Positions 40,201 to 51,179 of a stretch of DNA of 64,000 nucleotides are shown one piece after another. Source of the DNA: Chiloscyllium plagiosum (lineage: Eukaryota); contig NC_057755.1 of the NCBI RefSeq assembly GCF_004010195.1, positions 4,746,155 to 4,810,154 on the forward strand. Reading direction: 5' to 3'. The notes beneath the pieces were generated by a model. The model ran no database searches. It had not been told where the DNA came from and saw nothing but the letters and a program-made list of their open reading frames with translations. The position numbers and the translations under genes are program-made. Numbering within the stretch: position 1 is the stretch's first letter; each line of letters begins with the position of its first letter.

Positions 40201-40850
40201 ACATTAGTTTAAAACCTCCCCAACAGCAGTAGCAAAAACTCCCCCAAGGACATTGGTTCCAGTCTGGTTCAGATGTAGACCATCCATTTTGTAATAGTCC
40301 CCCCTTCCCCAGAACCGGTCCCAATGTCCAACAAATCTGAACCCCTCCCTCCTACGCCATCTCTCAAGCCACGTGGTCATCCTGCCTATTGTTTTGTTTC
40401 TACACTGGCTAGCACGTGGCACTGGTAGTAATCCCGAGATCACTACCTTTGACGTCCTCCCCTTTAACTTCTCTCCGAGCTCCCTGAATTCTTCTTTCCG
40501 GACCTCATCTCGCTTTCTCCTATATGCACCAATACAACTCGCTGTTCACCGTTCCCTTTTAGAATGCTCTGCAGCCGATCAGTGACATCCCTGACCCGAG
40601 CACCTGGGAGGCAACATACCATCCAGGAGTGCCGTTTTCGCCCACAGAACTGCCTATCTACTCCTCTCACAATAAAATCCCCTATGACTATGGGCCTTCT
40701 AGACAGCAGTGCCCACCACGGTGCCATGATCTTGGCAACTGCTGCCCTCCCCTGGTGAGCCATCTTCCCCAACAGTATCCAAAACGGTGCACCTGTTTTG
40801 GAGGGAGATGACCGCAGGGGGCACCTGCAGTGCCTTCCTGCTCTTTATCT
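37213..40850 (-). mobile_element. Near-complete CR1 LINE: SGNH-esterase ORF1, APE endonuclease, RT; decayed
   Basis: IVIGDFIVRG..CLPGARV (40464-40772), DGLHLN (40204-40443), IIAITETW (39844-40155), [36 protein letters not shown]; absent from paralogous site ~54630. Confidence 0.96.
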
Positions 40851-40968
40851 GCCTTTCCTAAACGTAACTATTCACATTTGCCTGCACTAGACTCATATCC
40901 CGCTAAACCTTTCCTAAACGTGTAGACGTCCAACTTTGTTTGAAGTGATCCAGCAAAAATGAAGAAAC

Positions 40969-41039
40969 GGTGACGTGTGCCCAAGCCAGAAGGTGACGTG
41001 TGCCCAAGCCAGAAGGTGACGTGTGCCCAAGCCAGAAGG
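40969..41039 (+). repeat. Perfect 3 x 23-bp tandem repeat ggtgacgtgtgcccaagccagaa
   Basis: Direct reading; single diverged copy in paralog at ~54750. Confidence 0.95.
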
Positions 41040-41249
41040 GAAGGCAAGTGCTGTCATTCCCTTACATCTGCTGCTTCTAGACAGTAGTAGCTGTGAGGGT
41101 GACAGGGAACTGTCCGAAGAAACTTGGTGAGCTGCTGCACTGTGTCTTGTAACTAGCACGCACTGCCCGTTACTGAGTAAGACTGGGGGAAATGAGGGTT
41201 TGCAAATGTGGTGGCCATCATGTTCGCTGATGTAGCCTGAAATAAAGGC

Positions 41250-41380
41250 AAAGTATTGCAAATGCTGGATATCTGCAACAAAGAAAGGAAATGTAGGATA
41301 AACTCCACATGCCTGGCAGTTTATGTGGCGAGAGAGAGAAAAGTTAAGGTTTCGGGTCTGGAATGACACTTCTTCAGAAT
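41250..41380 (-). mobile_element. Older PLE-type terminal repeat with hammerhead-like core (paralog 55005-55135)
   Basis: rc ttctgaagaagtgtcattccagacccgaaaccttaac. Confidence 0.6.
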
Positions 41381-41704
41381 TTTCTTTGGTTCTGAATGGA
41401 GTCGAGCTTCGTGAGTTTCATTGGAGCTGCATGCTTTCAGGCAAGTTGGAAATCTTCTACAACACTCTTGACTTGTGCGTGGCGATGTTGGAAATTCGTT
41501 GGAATGGTGTGTTTTTTTCACAGCAGGATTCCTGGCCCCTGTCACATTGTATAAGCAACAATACCTGCGTGGTTTATCCAGGGCTGTTTTGGTTTCAATG
41601 TTAATCCTCGGTATGTTGATAATGGTGGCAATCTGATTGAATATCAAGGATGGTGGTTCAAAGTTCTTTTGTTGGAGATGGTGATTGTGTGACACTTGTG
41701 TAGA

Positions 41705-42193
41705 AAGTTTGTGAGAAGATTTGTAGCTCGGGTGCTCGTTGTAGTGGGTCTGTTCGCCGAGCTGTTGCAGACATTTCGTCCCCTGTCTAGGTGACATCCT
41801 CAGTGCTTGGGAGCCTCCTGTGAAGCGCTTCTGTGATCTTTCCTCCGGCATTTATAGTGGTTTGAATCTGCCGCTTCCGGTTGTCAGTTCCATCTGTGGA
41901 TGAGTGCCATGCCTCTAGGAATGCCCTGGCTGTTCTCTGTTTGGCTTGTCCTATAATAGTAGTGTTGTCCCAGTCGAATTCATGTTGCTTGTCATTTCTG
42001 CGTGTGTGACTACTAAGGATAGCTGGTCGTGTCGTTTCGTGGCTAGTTGGTGTTCATGGATGCGGATCGTTAGCTGTCTTCCTGTTTGTCCTATGTAGTG
42101 TTTTGTGCAGTCCTTGCATGGGATTTTGTACACTACATTGGTTTTGCTCATGCTGGGTATCGGGTCCTTCGTTCTGGTGAGTTGTTGTCTGAC
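41705..42193 (-). mobile_element. PLE 3' fragment (GIY-YIG + terminal repeat with hammerhead), 6-bp TSD
   Basis: ORF 41951-42151 TNVVYKIPCKDCTKHYIGQTGRQLTIRIHEH; TSD tgtaga at 41699-41704 and 42194-42199; empty site at ~55450. Confidence 0.93.
41767..41806 (-). ncRNA. Minimal hammerhead motif of the second PLE family
   Basis: rc gca CTGAGGA T GTCACC tagaca GGGGAC GAAA T GTC tgc; related degenerate copy at 1862-1901 (+). Confidence 0.6.
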
Positions 42194-42983
42194 TGTAGAT
42201 CAAATGGTATTTAATTGCCCTTTGTTTGGCAATCAGGAATGCGAATCAAAGTAGGCTGTTCTGTCCATCGATTCTGCTATGTCATTTAATTATGACTGGT
42301 CTGTTTCCAAACCACATTCTCACACCTTCTCCCCTTAATTATTTATTCCCTTACTCATCAACAATATATCTATTGCTGTCGTCAATACGTTCACTGACAT
42401 TTCCTCCACAGCCCTCTGTGGCAATGACGTCTACAGATACACCACCATCTGTCTGGAAAAAATCCTTCTCATCTCAGTTCTGAAGGGACGTCCCTTCAAT
42501 ATGAAAATATGCCTTTGGGTTCTATTCTCTCCTACAGTGGAAACCTCTGCTCCATGTCCATTCCATCCAGTCCACTCAGTGCTCTTTAAGTTTCAGTCAG
42601 ATCCCCCTCATCATTCCAAATTTCATCTAGTATAGACACAGAGGCCTCAACCACCCGTCAAGTTACAAACCCATCATCCCCTGGATCATTCGTGTAAACC
42701 TCTTCTGAACCCTCTTCAAGTCAAACACATCTTTCCATTGGCACCTTTCCTTTAAAAAAAAAATGCTCACAATGTCTTGCGTAAAGCATTAAATATCTCC
42801 AAACGTGTACATGGAACTTTCACTTTCATCACGTGTGCGTCAATTTCATTTTCCACTTAATTCACTCCAAATTCACACTTTTGAGATTATTGCATTAATT
42901 TCAAGTCATTGCGAGTATTGAAAGACACATTTTCTGAATGCTGAAGATTGAATGGTCCCACGTTCAAATGTTTGTTGTTTGAC

Positions 42984-43235
42984 TAAATGCTGTTTCCAAG
43001 AGCAGTGATTAGCAAAAGATGTAAAAAAAAAATTGTTCTACATTATCAAACACAACATTGCACAATAACTTCAATTCTGAACCATGAGGTTAGCACGACC
43101 ATGTTGTCTTTAAATGCTGTTTCCAAGAGCAGTGATTAGCAAAAGATGTAAAAAAAATTGTTCTACATTATCAAACACAACATTGCACAATAACTTCAAT
43201 TCTGAACCATGAGGTTAGCACGACCGTGTTGTCTT
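42984..43235 (+). repeat. Near-perfect tandem duplication (127 + 125 bp)
   Basis: 42984-43110 vs 43111-43235 differ by poly-A length and one substitution. Confidence 0.95.
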
Positions 43236-43561
43236 CATGTAATGACTGAAGCAAATCGCGTCCCTGTGAGGTAGCAGTGTTAACCAATCAGCCACTGTGA
43301 CACGTCCACACAGTTCTTTGATTTCTGCATAGTTTTGTCTACTTGTCCTCTCTACTTCAACGCTTCTGTTTCTCAAACGTGGTTCTGAACACCTTCTTCT
43401 TGGAGTTCTACATACTGTTCATTTTACACTCCAAAGATTAAGCATGGCTGCATGCTAATCATCTACCATTTGAAAGGCTCCCACATGTCCGATCTGGATT
43501 CATCTTCAAACAACCATCTCCAATCAAAATTCTCCACTTCCTGCCTAAGAGTGTTGTAGTT

Positions 43562-43850
43562 GAAACTTTATTGCTGGAACAGCACAGCAGGTCAGGCAGC
43601 ATCCAGGGAACAGGAGATTCGACGTTTCGGGCACAGGCCCTTCTTCAGGAATGAGCAGAGAGTGTTCAGCAGGAGAAGATAAAAGGTAGGGAGGAGGGAC
43701 ATGGAGGACCTGCATATCCTCGGTGGAGTGGGGGGGGGGGTTGAAATGCTGTGCTACAGGTTGGTTGGGTTGGTTCGTCCGGGTGGCCCAGAGGTGCTCT
43801 CTGAATCGCTCCGCAAGTAGGCGGCCTGTTTCCCCAATATAGAGGAGGCC
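43562..43850 (-). mobile_element. PLE fragment with hammerhead terminal repeat
   Basis: rc has GLLYIGETGRLLAERFREHL (GIY-YIG) and the terminal repeat; absent at paralogous site ~56695; flanked by agtt. Confidence 0.88.
43617..43652 (-). ncRNA. Minimal type I hammerhead ribozyme motif (best copy)
   Basis: rc: attc CTGAAGA A GGGC ctgt GCCC GAAA C GTC gaat; 4-bp stem I and 4-bp stem II. Confidence 0.78.
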
Positions 43851-44658
43851 AGTTCTCCTTCCATCAATTTAACACTTTCACTCGAGGACTGCTGTTATCC
43901 CTTTTCATGAGCAACTCGAAAGTCAAGAAATTATGGTTCCTACTCCGAAATGTTCCCTCTCTGAAACTTCACTCACGTGTCCGAGCTCACTTACAAAAGT
44001 AGGTCCAGTATAACCCCTTCCCTGGTTGGACTGTTTGCTTATTGTGTAAAAGAAACCCTCCTGAACGTTCCTTACAACTTTTTCCCATCCAAGCATATAG
44101 CACGAAATGAGTCCCAGTCAATGCAGCAGAAGTTAAAATTACGCACCATAACAGTCATGTCGTTTTGACATCTTTCCAAAACCTGTGTGCATATTCTTTC
44201 TTCAATCTCCCGCTGGCTGTTGGGAGGTCTATAATATACCCCCGCATTGAGATTTCACCTTCTCGCTTCCTGAGTTCTAACCAATTTGCTTCGCTACACG
44301 AGCCCTCTGATCTTCCCTCAGTACAACTGTGAGTTACCCATTTACCAGTAATGGATCTCCACCACCCATTTTGCATCCCTTTTTATCTCACGGGAAACAT
44401 CTAGGTCCTGAGACGTTCAGCTGCCAATGCTGTCCTGGTTTCAATCAAGTCTTTGTAATTGCAATGATGTCATAGTTCGAAACACTAACCAAAGCTCTGA
44501 GTTCATCTAACTTGCCAATTGTATTTATTGCATGAAACACATGCATTTCAGACCACTTCCCCTGTTCATTTCAACAGCGTTTCCTGCCTTCGCTTGTTCT
44601 TTTTCGTGGTTGCCTTGGTTTCTATCTATCCTTCAATTCCTGCATCTACTGCTCTACT

Positions 44659-44750
44659 CTATTCCTGAAGAAGGGCTTATGCCCGAAACGTCGATTCTCC
44701 TGTTCCCTGGATGCTGCCTGACCTGCTTCGCTGTTCTAGCAACACATTTT
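44659..44750 (+). mobile_element. Stand-alone PLE terminal repeat with intact hammerhead core
   Basis: attc CTGAAGA A GGGC ttat GCCC GAAACGTC at 44661-44692; flanking repeat ctgctctact at 44649-44658 and 44751-44760; empty site at ~57665. Confidence 0.88.
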
Positions 44751-44849
44751 CTGCTCTACTGTACTGCTTGCCACCCACCGTCACACTCATTTGAATCTTC
44801 CCCAACCAGTCTCTAAAGCAGCTCCCCAAGGGCATCAGTCCCGGTCCTG

Positions 44850-45891
44850 CCCAGGAGTAACCCCTCCATAGATATTCCATGATTGATAAAGAGATATTCA
44901 GCTAGCTGTTGGTGTTGCAACATTTCAACATTTACATTAGCAGTGATCTAACTGAGATAGTTGTATATACTGATCATGACGCTTTAAAGTTTTCGGAAAT
45001 TTGTAAGTATCCAAATTTCAGTGCCGCTCATTATTGCAGTCATTCGACTTGAGAATTACGCACAGGGCAGGACGACAGAACATAAATGCCTACGTATTTT
45101 CGTCACTTAAGGGAAGGAAGGCGCCAGTGTTTGGTGGCAGACAAGGAAAACGGACTGGGATCGATGATAGTGAATGTTTGCATGCTCACAGTCAATGTAA
45201 TGTATATTTACTGTTGTGTACAAATAGTGTAAGACTAAAGGTTATTAAAAATCGATTTATATTGGTGTGTTTCTTTATGGAGAGAGTTGAGACAATACTA
45301 CGGATTCAAGATTAGAAATTCCTCCTCTTTTTTGGAGCAGTTTGATGACAAAGATAACAAGATATCTATTGAAAGCCGATGAAGTAAATCGCTTTTGAAG
45401 TCTTCGGGACTTTTTGTTAAAATGCTTGAACAATAAAAGTAGCCTGAATGGGTGGGGCAAGCTCCTATTCAAGTAGGCATTCTAGTTTTAGCTTTTCAGT
45501 CGCATCAGGTTTTTTTTGAAGATGTGGAAACTGTTTTACTTGTTTTTTTGGTTGCATCTAAAATCAGGGGGTTCTCTGCCTGCTGCCAGAATTGCATTGA
45601 GGCAGTCTGTTTAACTAAATTTTCCCCTTTCCAAGGATGTGTTTATCGCATGTTACTATATTGAAACAGTTGCCGCTTAGTAATTCAATAATCTATTATT
45701 CTGTTAAGATTTCCAATAGAGTTAATTTTTTCTAACGTATTGTTCCTTCTGCTGGATTTTAAGTACGATTCATGAATAATTGAATTGTATTTGGAACACA
45801 AGACCTCGCATTTGCCTTACAATGAACAAAACGTTCGAGTCAAGGCTATCTTCTGGATATATTTTGGCGATGGTTTGGACTGGGCCATAAC
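44850..45891 (+). mobile_element. Gypsy RNase H remnant + 3' LTR (paralog 57790-60203)
   Basis: YSxIxKEIFS..LLVLQHF..VYTDH (clear in ORF 57607-57963); purine tract ggagagag at ~45280; LTR ends ccataaca. Confidence 0.75.
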
Positions 45892-46344
45892 ACTTTTCTG
45901 GCAAATTACCACATTTACGAGTCCCGTAACGGTTCTCATGTGCTCGTATGCGTCCCATGTCCGACCTCTATGTTGCTCTTATCCCTATTGCAACTTTAAC
46001 TTTATTTCTTTTCTTCATTAACTGTACAATAATCATGAAAAATCTATTGAACCCTTCTGTGGAGCTGTCAGCACCATATGCTTCCATTAACATATTTCAA
46101 TCATTATAGTTTTCATTTCTCGATTATTTATTTATTCTGTTCATCTATTCTTTCAAAGTATGCCTTTATTTTATTCTGGATTGCTTAAGTCAATAACATC
46201 ATTCTAATCTTTCACCCTATATAGTGTAATTTCGTTCATATGTTGATCTGAGGTAGTTAGTGTCATTTAGCAGACATATTAAGATGACACCTTGGTTGTG
46301 AGTCAAGTCATGAAGAGGTGTATCTTTCTTTAATTTTCTTACAG

Positions 46345-47249
46345 TTAACTCTGTCGGAATTGTGATTTTGAATCGAGGCCATTGTGGGCTCTCCACATGC
46401 ATCACTCGCTATTTGCTGGCAATGTCGACAGCAGATCTACTTCTCGTCATCCTTAACGTCTTATTCGACCGAATTAACATTCTTTTCTTCCCAGTTAATT
46501 TCTTATTCATCACTCCTGTCTGTGCCTCGAGAGTTGTTCTGTACCTTGCAGCCTTGGACTGCTCAGTTTGGTTCACAGTCGGTTTCACATTTGATCGGTT
46601 TGTAGCAATTTGTTGCCAGAAGCTGAGAGCGAGATATTGTAATAAGAGAACTGCATTTGTGGTCATAATAACTGTGACTGTGGTTAGCTGTTTGCGGTCA
46701 ATTACTTGGTATTTTGTGTTTATTCCATTATTTGTTATTGACAATGTGCCATGGTTTTGTATCGCAATACCAGACTATTACACATCATTATTTTGGAAAG
46801 TCTATGTATGGATTGATACGATAATTACACCGTTACTTCCAATCGTATTGATTTTTATATTGAATGCTCTGACTGTCAGGCGTATTATAACAGTCAACCG
46901 CATCCGCTGCCGCCTTCAGATCCATAGAAGTCGGCAGAATAATTCTGACCCAGAGGTGGTAAACCGGAGAAAATCCATCGTTTTGCTCTTTGCATTGTCT
47001 GCCAATTTTACACTATTTTGGGTTGCATATGTCGTCCGCACTTTAAACTGGAAAGAAATAAACTATAATTATGAAGACATGACTTTTGATGATCCAATAT
47101 TTGTCTTTCAAGAAATTGGATTCATGCTACGCCTTCTGAGTTCCTGCACCAACACGTGCATTTATGCTTTAACACAAACAAAATTCAGAGAGGAGTTAAT
47201 CAATGGAGCAAAATATCCATTTTCTAGAATACTTAAGCTGTGGAAATAA
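46345..47249 (+). CDS. GPR139-like class A GPCR exon 2 (TM1 end to C-terminus); spliced protein 324 aa
   Basis: Polypyrimidine + ttacag acceptor; open 905 nt; ADLL (TM2), PVC, FDRF (DRY), PWFC (ECL2), NALTVR, RRKSI, CTNTCIY (NPxxY position), KFREEL helix 8. Confidence 0.95.
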
Positions 47250-49294
47250 TCATGCAGGTCTGAACTCTATGTGAAAATGCAAGTCTTGTCATGAAAGTGG
47301 ATCACCATGTTGAAAGAGGTTGTACGATTTCCCTGACTGCACTAGCATAATTAATTCATGTCCTCAAAATGGAAAGAAGTTTCCATATATTCAAATTGGA
47401 AATAATCCGCTCTGCAAAAAAAAACATTGAAATTAACATAACATTTCAAGTAGATTGCGGATCTGTAAATGATGCAGCTGGTCAAAAGGCTGAGACTTTG
47501 CTTTTGAGGTTCATGTTCACATCTTCCACAATTTCTAATGTATTTATGGCTTTGCATTCTTTGGTTAATGAGTTTATGTCGTTGTGATGAAAGTTCGGTG
47601 GCAGCCTCATGTGAATATCTTCAGCGATTATCTACCACAGCGACCAAATGTAAAGATTAAACTTCAAATCTTCCATACTGCAGTTTCTCTGGAATCTGAT
47701 TTGACCAGTATTATTAGCAGTGTGACAATAACTCACAAATATTCAGAAGTGCTTTGCACAATGCACGTTCCGCCTCTAGAATTTCATCAGAAGAACAACT
47801 AGTCTTTTCTTTCACATTATTTTCTCACATCTCTCAATCCATCCTTGAATCTGCCCCATTGAAAACATTTCTGAATCTTCTTCATTGGGTATGCCTTGTA
47901 TTGTGCACTTTTAAAGCTGTTTAAGAATGCCCGTTGAGGTTTCCATTACTTTCTAAATTGTCACGGGTATTTAAGGCATTCTCTTGTTTATTTACCGGCA
48001 CATTAAGGGCAAGAGACTGTACATGGACCGTTCCCTTACTATTAGAACAGCTCCCTGAACATCGAAACTGAGCACCAATATTCACTGTGAAAGAGCTACT
48101 GAGTACTGGCACTAATAATGATGAAAATTCTCGGCACATGGTGAAGAAAATTGTGCACCAGCCAGCATGTGCTGATGTAAATGAACACAAAATGTATGAT
48201 CTCCTTTGATCCATGGATAAGCGCATGGCAGATCCAGTTACTTACTCCTCACTGGCCAAGAAATAAACCGTTTCTGGTTAGAATGGAACTGAGTGGCAAG
48301 TGATTGACTTAAGGCACTCCACTTGAACAAGGGGTGAGTGACCTTTGGTGGTTCAATGGTACATTGAGTAGCTGTTTTATAAGACCACAAGGCGAGAAAA
48401 ACGAAAACAGGACGAGGTCGGCCGTCGACTTGATCCTGCTCCAATGATCAATTTGATCATTTCTGGTACGACAGTTCTCACTCTCACCTTCTTGCCCTTT
48501 CACCTTAACACTTAATGCTCCAAATGTACAGGAGTGCATAACTCCCCGCCTTAAATATACAAAACTAATTCAACACCACTTCCCCTCGCCCCCACCGCCA
48601 TTGCTTTCTGCAACAAGGAATTCTAAAGGCAATCCTCAAAAGGTAGAAATCCCGCGTCTTCCAAATCGGACATTGATTTTCCTTCACTATCTTGCCTGTA
48701 TGGGCACAATTCTAACCACAGTCATGAAGCTTGACTTTTCAAATGCAAGCCAGTGCGATTTATCGACACCGGATCCACAAACATCCGTCCAACACTGATG
48801 CCTAGTCGTAGCAGTGTGTACCATCTACAAGACACACTGCAAGAACTCAACTAAAACCCTCAGACAGCGCCTTCCAAACTCATGAAAGCTTCCATCTGCA
48901 AGGTCAAAGGCAGCTGGTGTATCAGAATACTGACCCCTGCAAGTTCCCCTCCAAAACACTCACCACCCTCACTTGGAAATGTATTTGCTGTCCTTTCAAT
49001 GCCGCTGGGTCAGGATTCGTGAAGTCCCTCCATCAAGATATTATAGGTCGGCCAACACGTACGTGGAAAAGAAGGCAGCTTACCAACACCTTTTCAAGGG
49101 GCAACCAGGAATGAGGGCAAACACTGCTGGCCCAGCTGCAATGCCTCCATCATTGCACAGTGAAAATAAGCTGACCTTTTAATTCGTACTCAAAAAGTCG
49201 ATTAAAAACAGTTATGATTTTACACACTTGCCTTGTGGCATCCAGTAGTCTCAGCTTGCCAACATGCAAGTGGCACAGAACACTGAACTGTGAA

Positions 49295-51110
49295 CATTAT
49301 AGCACAGTACAGGTCCTTCAGACTTCGATCTTGCGCCGACCTGTGGAAACAATCTGAATCCTATCGATGCTAAACTAAATCAATTTCATCCATCATTTTA
49401 TCCAATGACCTGTTAAATGCCCTTAAACCTTATGGATTTGTTACTGTTGCAGGTAGTGTATACCATGCCGCGACTACTCTCTGAGTAAAGAAACTACCTC
49501 TGACATCTCAATTTAAAGCTATGTCCCCTCGTACTGGCCACCACCATCCGAGGAAAAGGTTTCTCAATGCCCAAACGATCTAATCCTCTGATTATCTTAT
49601 ATGTCTCAATTAATTCACCTCTCAACCTTCTTGCTTCCACTGAAAACAGCTTCAAGTCCCTCAGGCTTTCCTCATAACTCCTTCCCTTCATGCCAGGCAG
49701 CATCCTAGTAAATATCCTCTGAAACCTTTTGAAAGCATCTACATCATTCCTATGATGTGGTGACCAGAACTGTGCACGCATTCCACTGAGCCCACACCAA
49801 GAATTTTGTATAGCTGCAGCATGACCTTGTGGCTACGAAACGTAATCCCTCTACCAATAAAAGCTAACACATTGTATGCTTTCTTAACAACCCTATTAAC
49901 CTGGGTTGGTAACTTTCAGCGATCTATGTACATGGGCACCAAGATCACTCTGCTCATCTGCATTGCCAAGAATCTTAACATTAATTCAATGTTTTTTATT
50001 GCTGTTGCTTCACATTATTGCTGTTTCCACATTAAACACCGGTTATTCAGCTTATCTATGTCCCTCTGTAAACTGCAACATCATTCAGAACTATCCACAA
50101 CTCCATCGACATTTGTGGCATCCTCAAATTGCTAAACCACCCTTCTTCGCTCTCATCCAGGTCGTTTATAAAAATAACAAACAGCAGTGGAACCAAAACA
50201 GATCTTTGTGGTACACCACTAGTAACTGAACTCCAGGATGAGCATTTATTATCGGCTGCCACCCTCTGTCTTCAATCAGCTACTCAATTTCTGATCCAAA
50301 ACGCAAAATCACCCTCAATCTCATGCTTCTGTATTTTGTGCAATACCCTACCGTGGGGAAACATATCAAACGCCTTACTGAAATCCATTTGCACCACTTC
50401 AGCCGCTTTACCCTCATCCACCTGTTTGGTCGTGATCTCAAAGAACTCAATAAGGCCTGTGAGGCACGACCTACTCTTCAAAAACATCTGTTGACTATCC
50501 CTAATCAACTTATTCCTCTCGAGATTATTGGAAATCCTAATTTTTTTTTAACCATTTTCCAACAGTTTACCCACAACTGAAGTAAGGCTCACTGGTCTAT
50601 AATTACCAGGGTTGTCTCTACTCCCCTTCTTGAACAAGGGGACAACATTTGCTATCCTTCAATCTTCTGGCACTATTCCTATAGACAATGACGACATAAA
50701 GATTAATGCCAAAGACTCGTCAATCTCCTCCCTGGCTTCCCAAAGGAACCTAGGATAAATACCATCCAGCCCAGGGAATTTATCAATTTTCACACTTACC
50801 AGGATTGCTAATGCCTCCTCCTTGAGCGTCTCAATCCCGTCGAGTCTAATAGACCATATCTCACTATTCTCCTCAGTGTGAATACTGACGAAAAATATCT
50901 GTTTATCGCTTCTCTATCTTCTCGGATTCCATGGACAACTTCCAACTGCTATCCTTGATTAGCCCTAATCTTTCTCTCAACATTCTTTTATTCCTGATAT
51001 ATTTGCAGAAAGCTTTCGGGATTTCCTTGATCCTATGAACCAAAGTCTTCCCCTGTCCCTTCCTGGCTCTTCTTAGCTTTCTCTTTCGGTCTTTACTGGC
51101 TAACCTGTGA
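49295..51110 (-). mobile_element. CR1-like LINE RT region, decayed
   Basis: ORFs 50284-50508 (DFSKAFD), 50056-50262 (GVPQRSVL) and 49494-49781. Confidence 0.92.
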
Positions 51111-51179
51111 CTACTTTCTTTACTTCCAGTTCAGATTGCTAATCAGTCCTGAAACATAACAATGCTTTGTGTTCATTTG

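Larger units (their letters stand above)
43440..44600 (-). mobile_element. Old CR1 endonuclease-region fragment (paralog 56590-57600)
   Basis: ORF 44155-44376 (EGSCSEANWLELRK) and 57173-57364; DIIAIT-type segment. Confidence 0.7.

Noticed and set aside
40969..41039. CRISPR-like direct repeats
   Set aside because: No spacers, eukaryotic context and no cas genes
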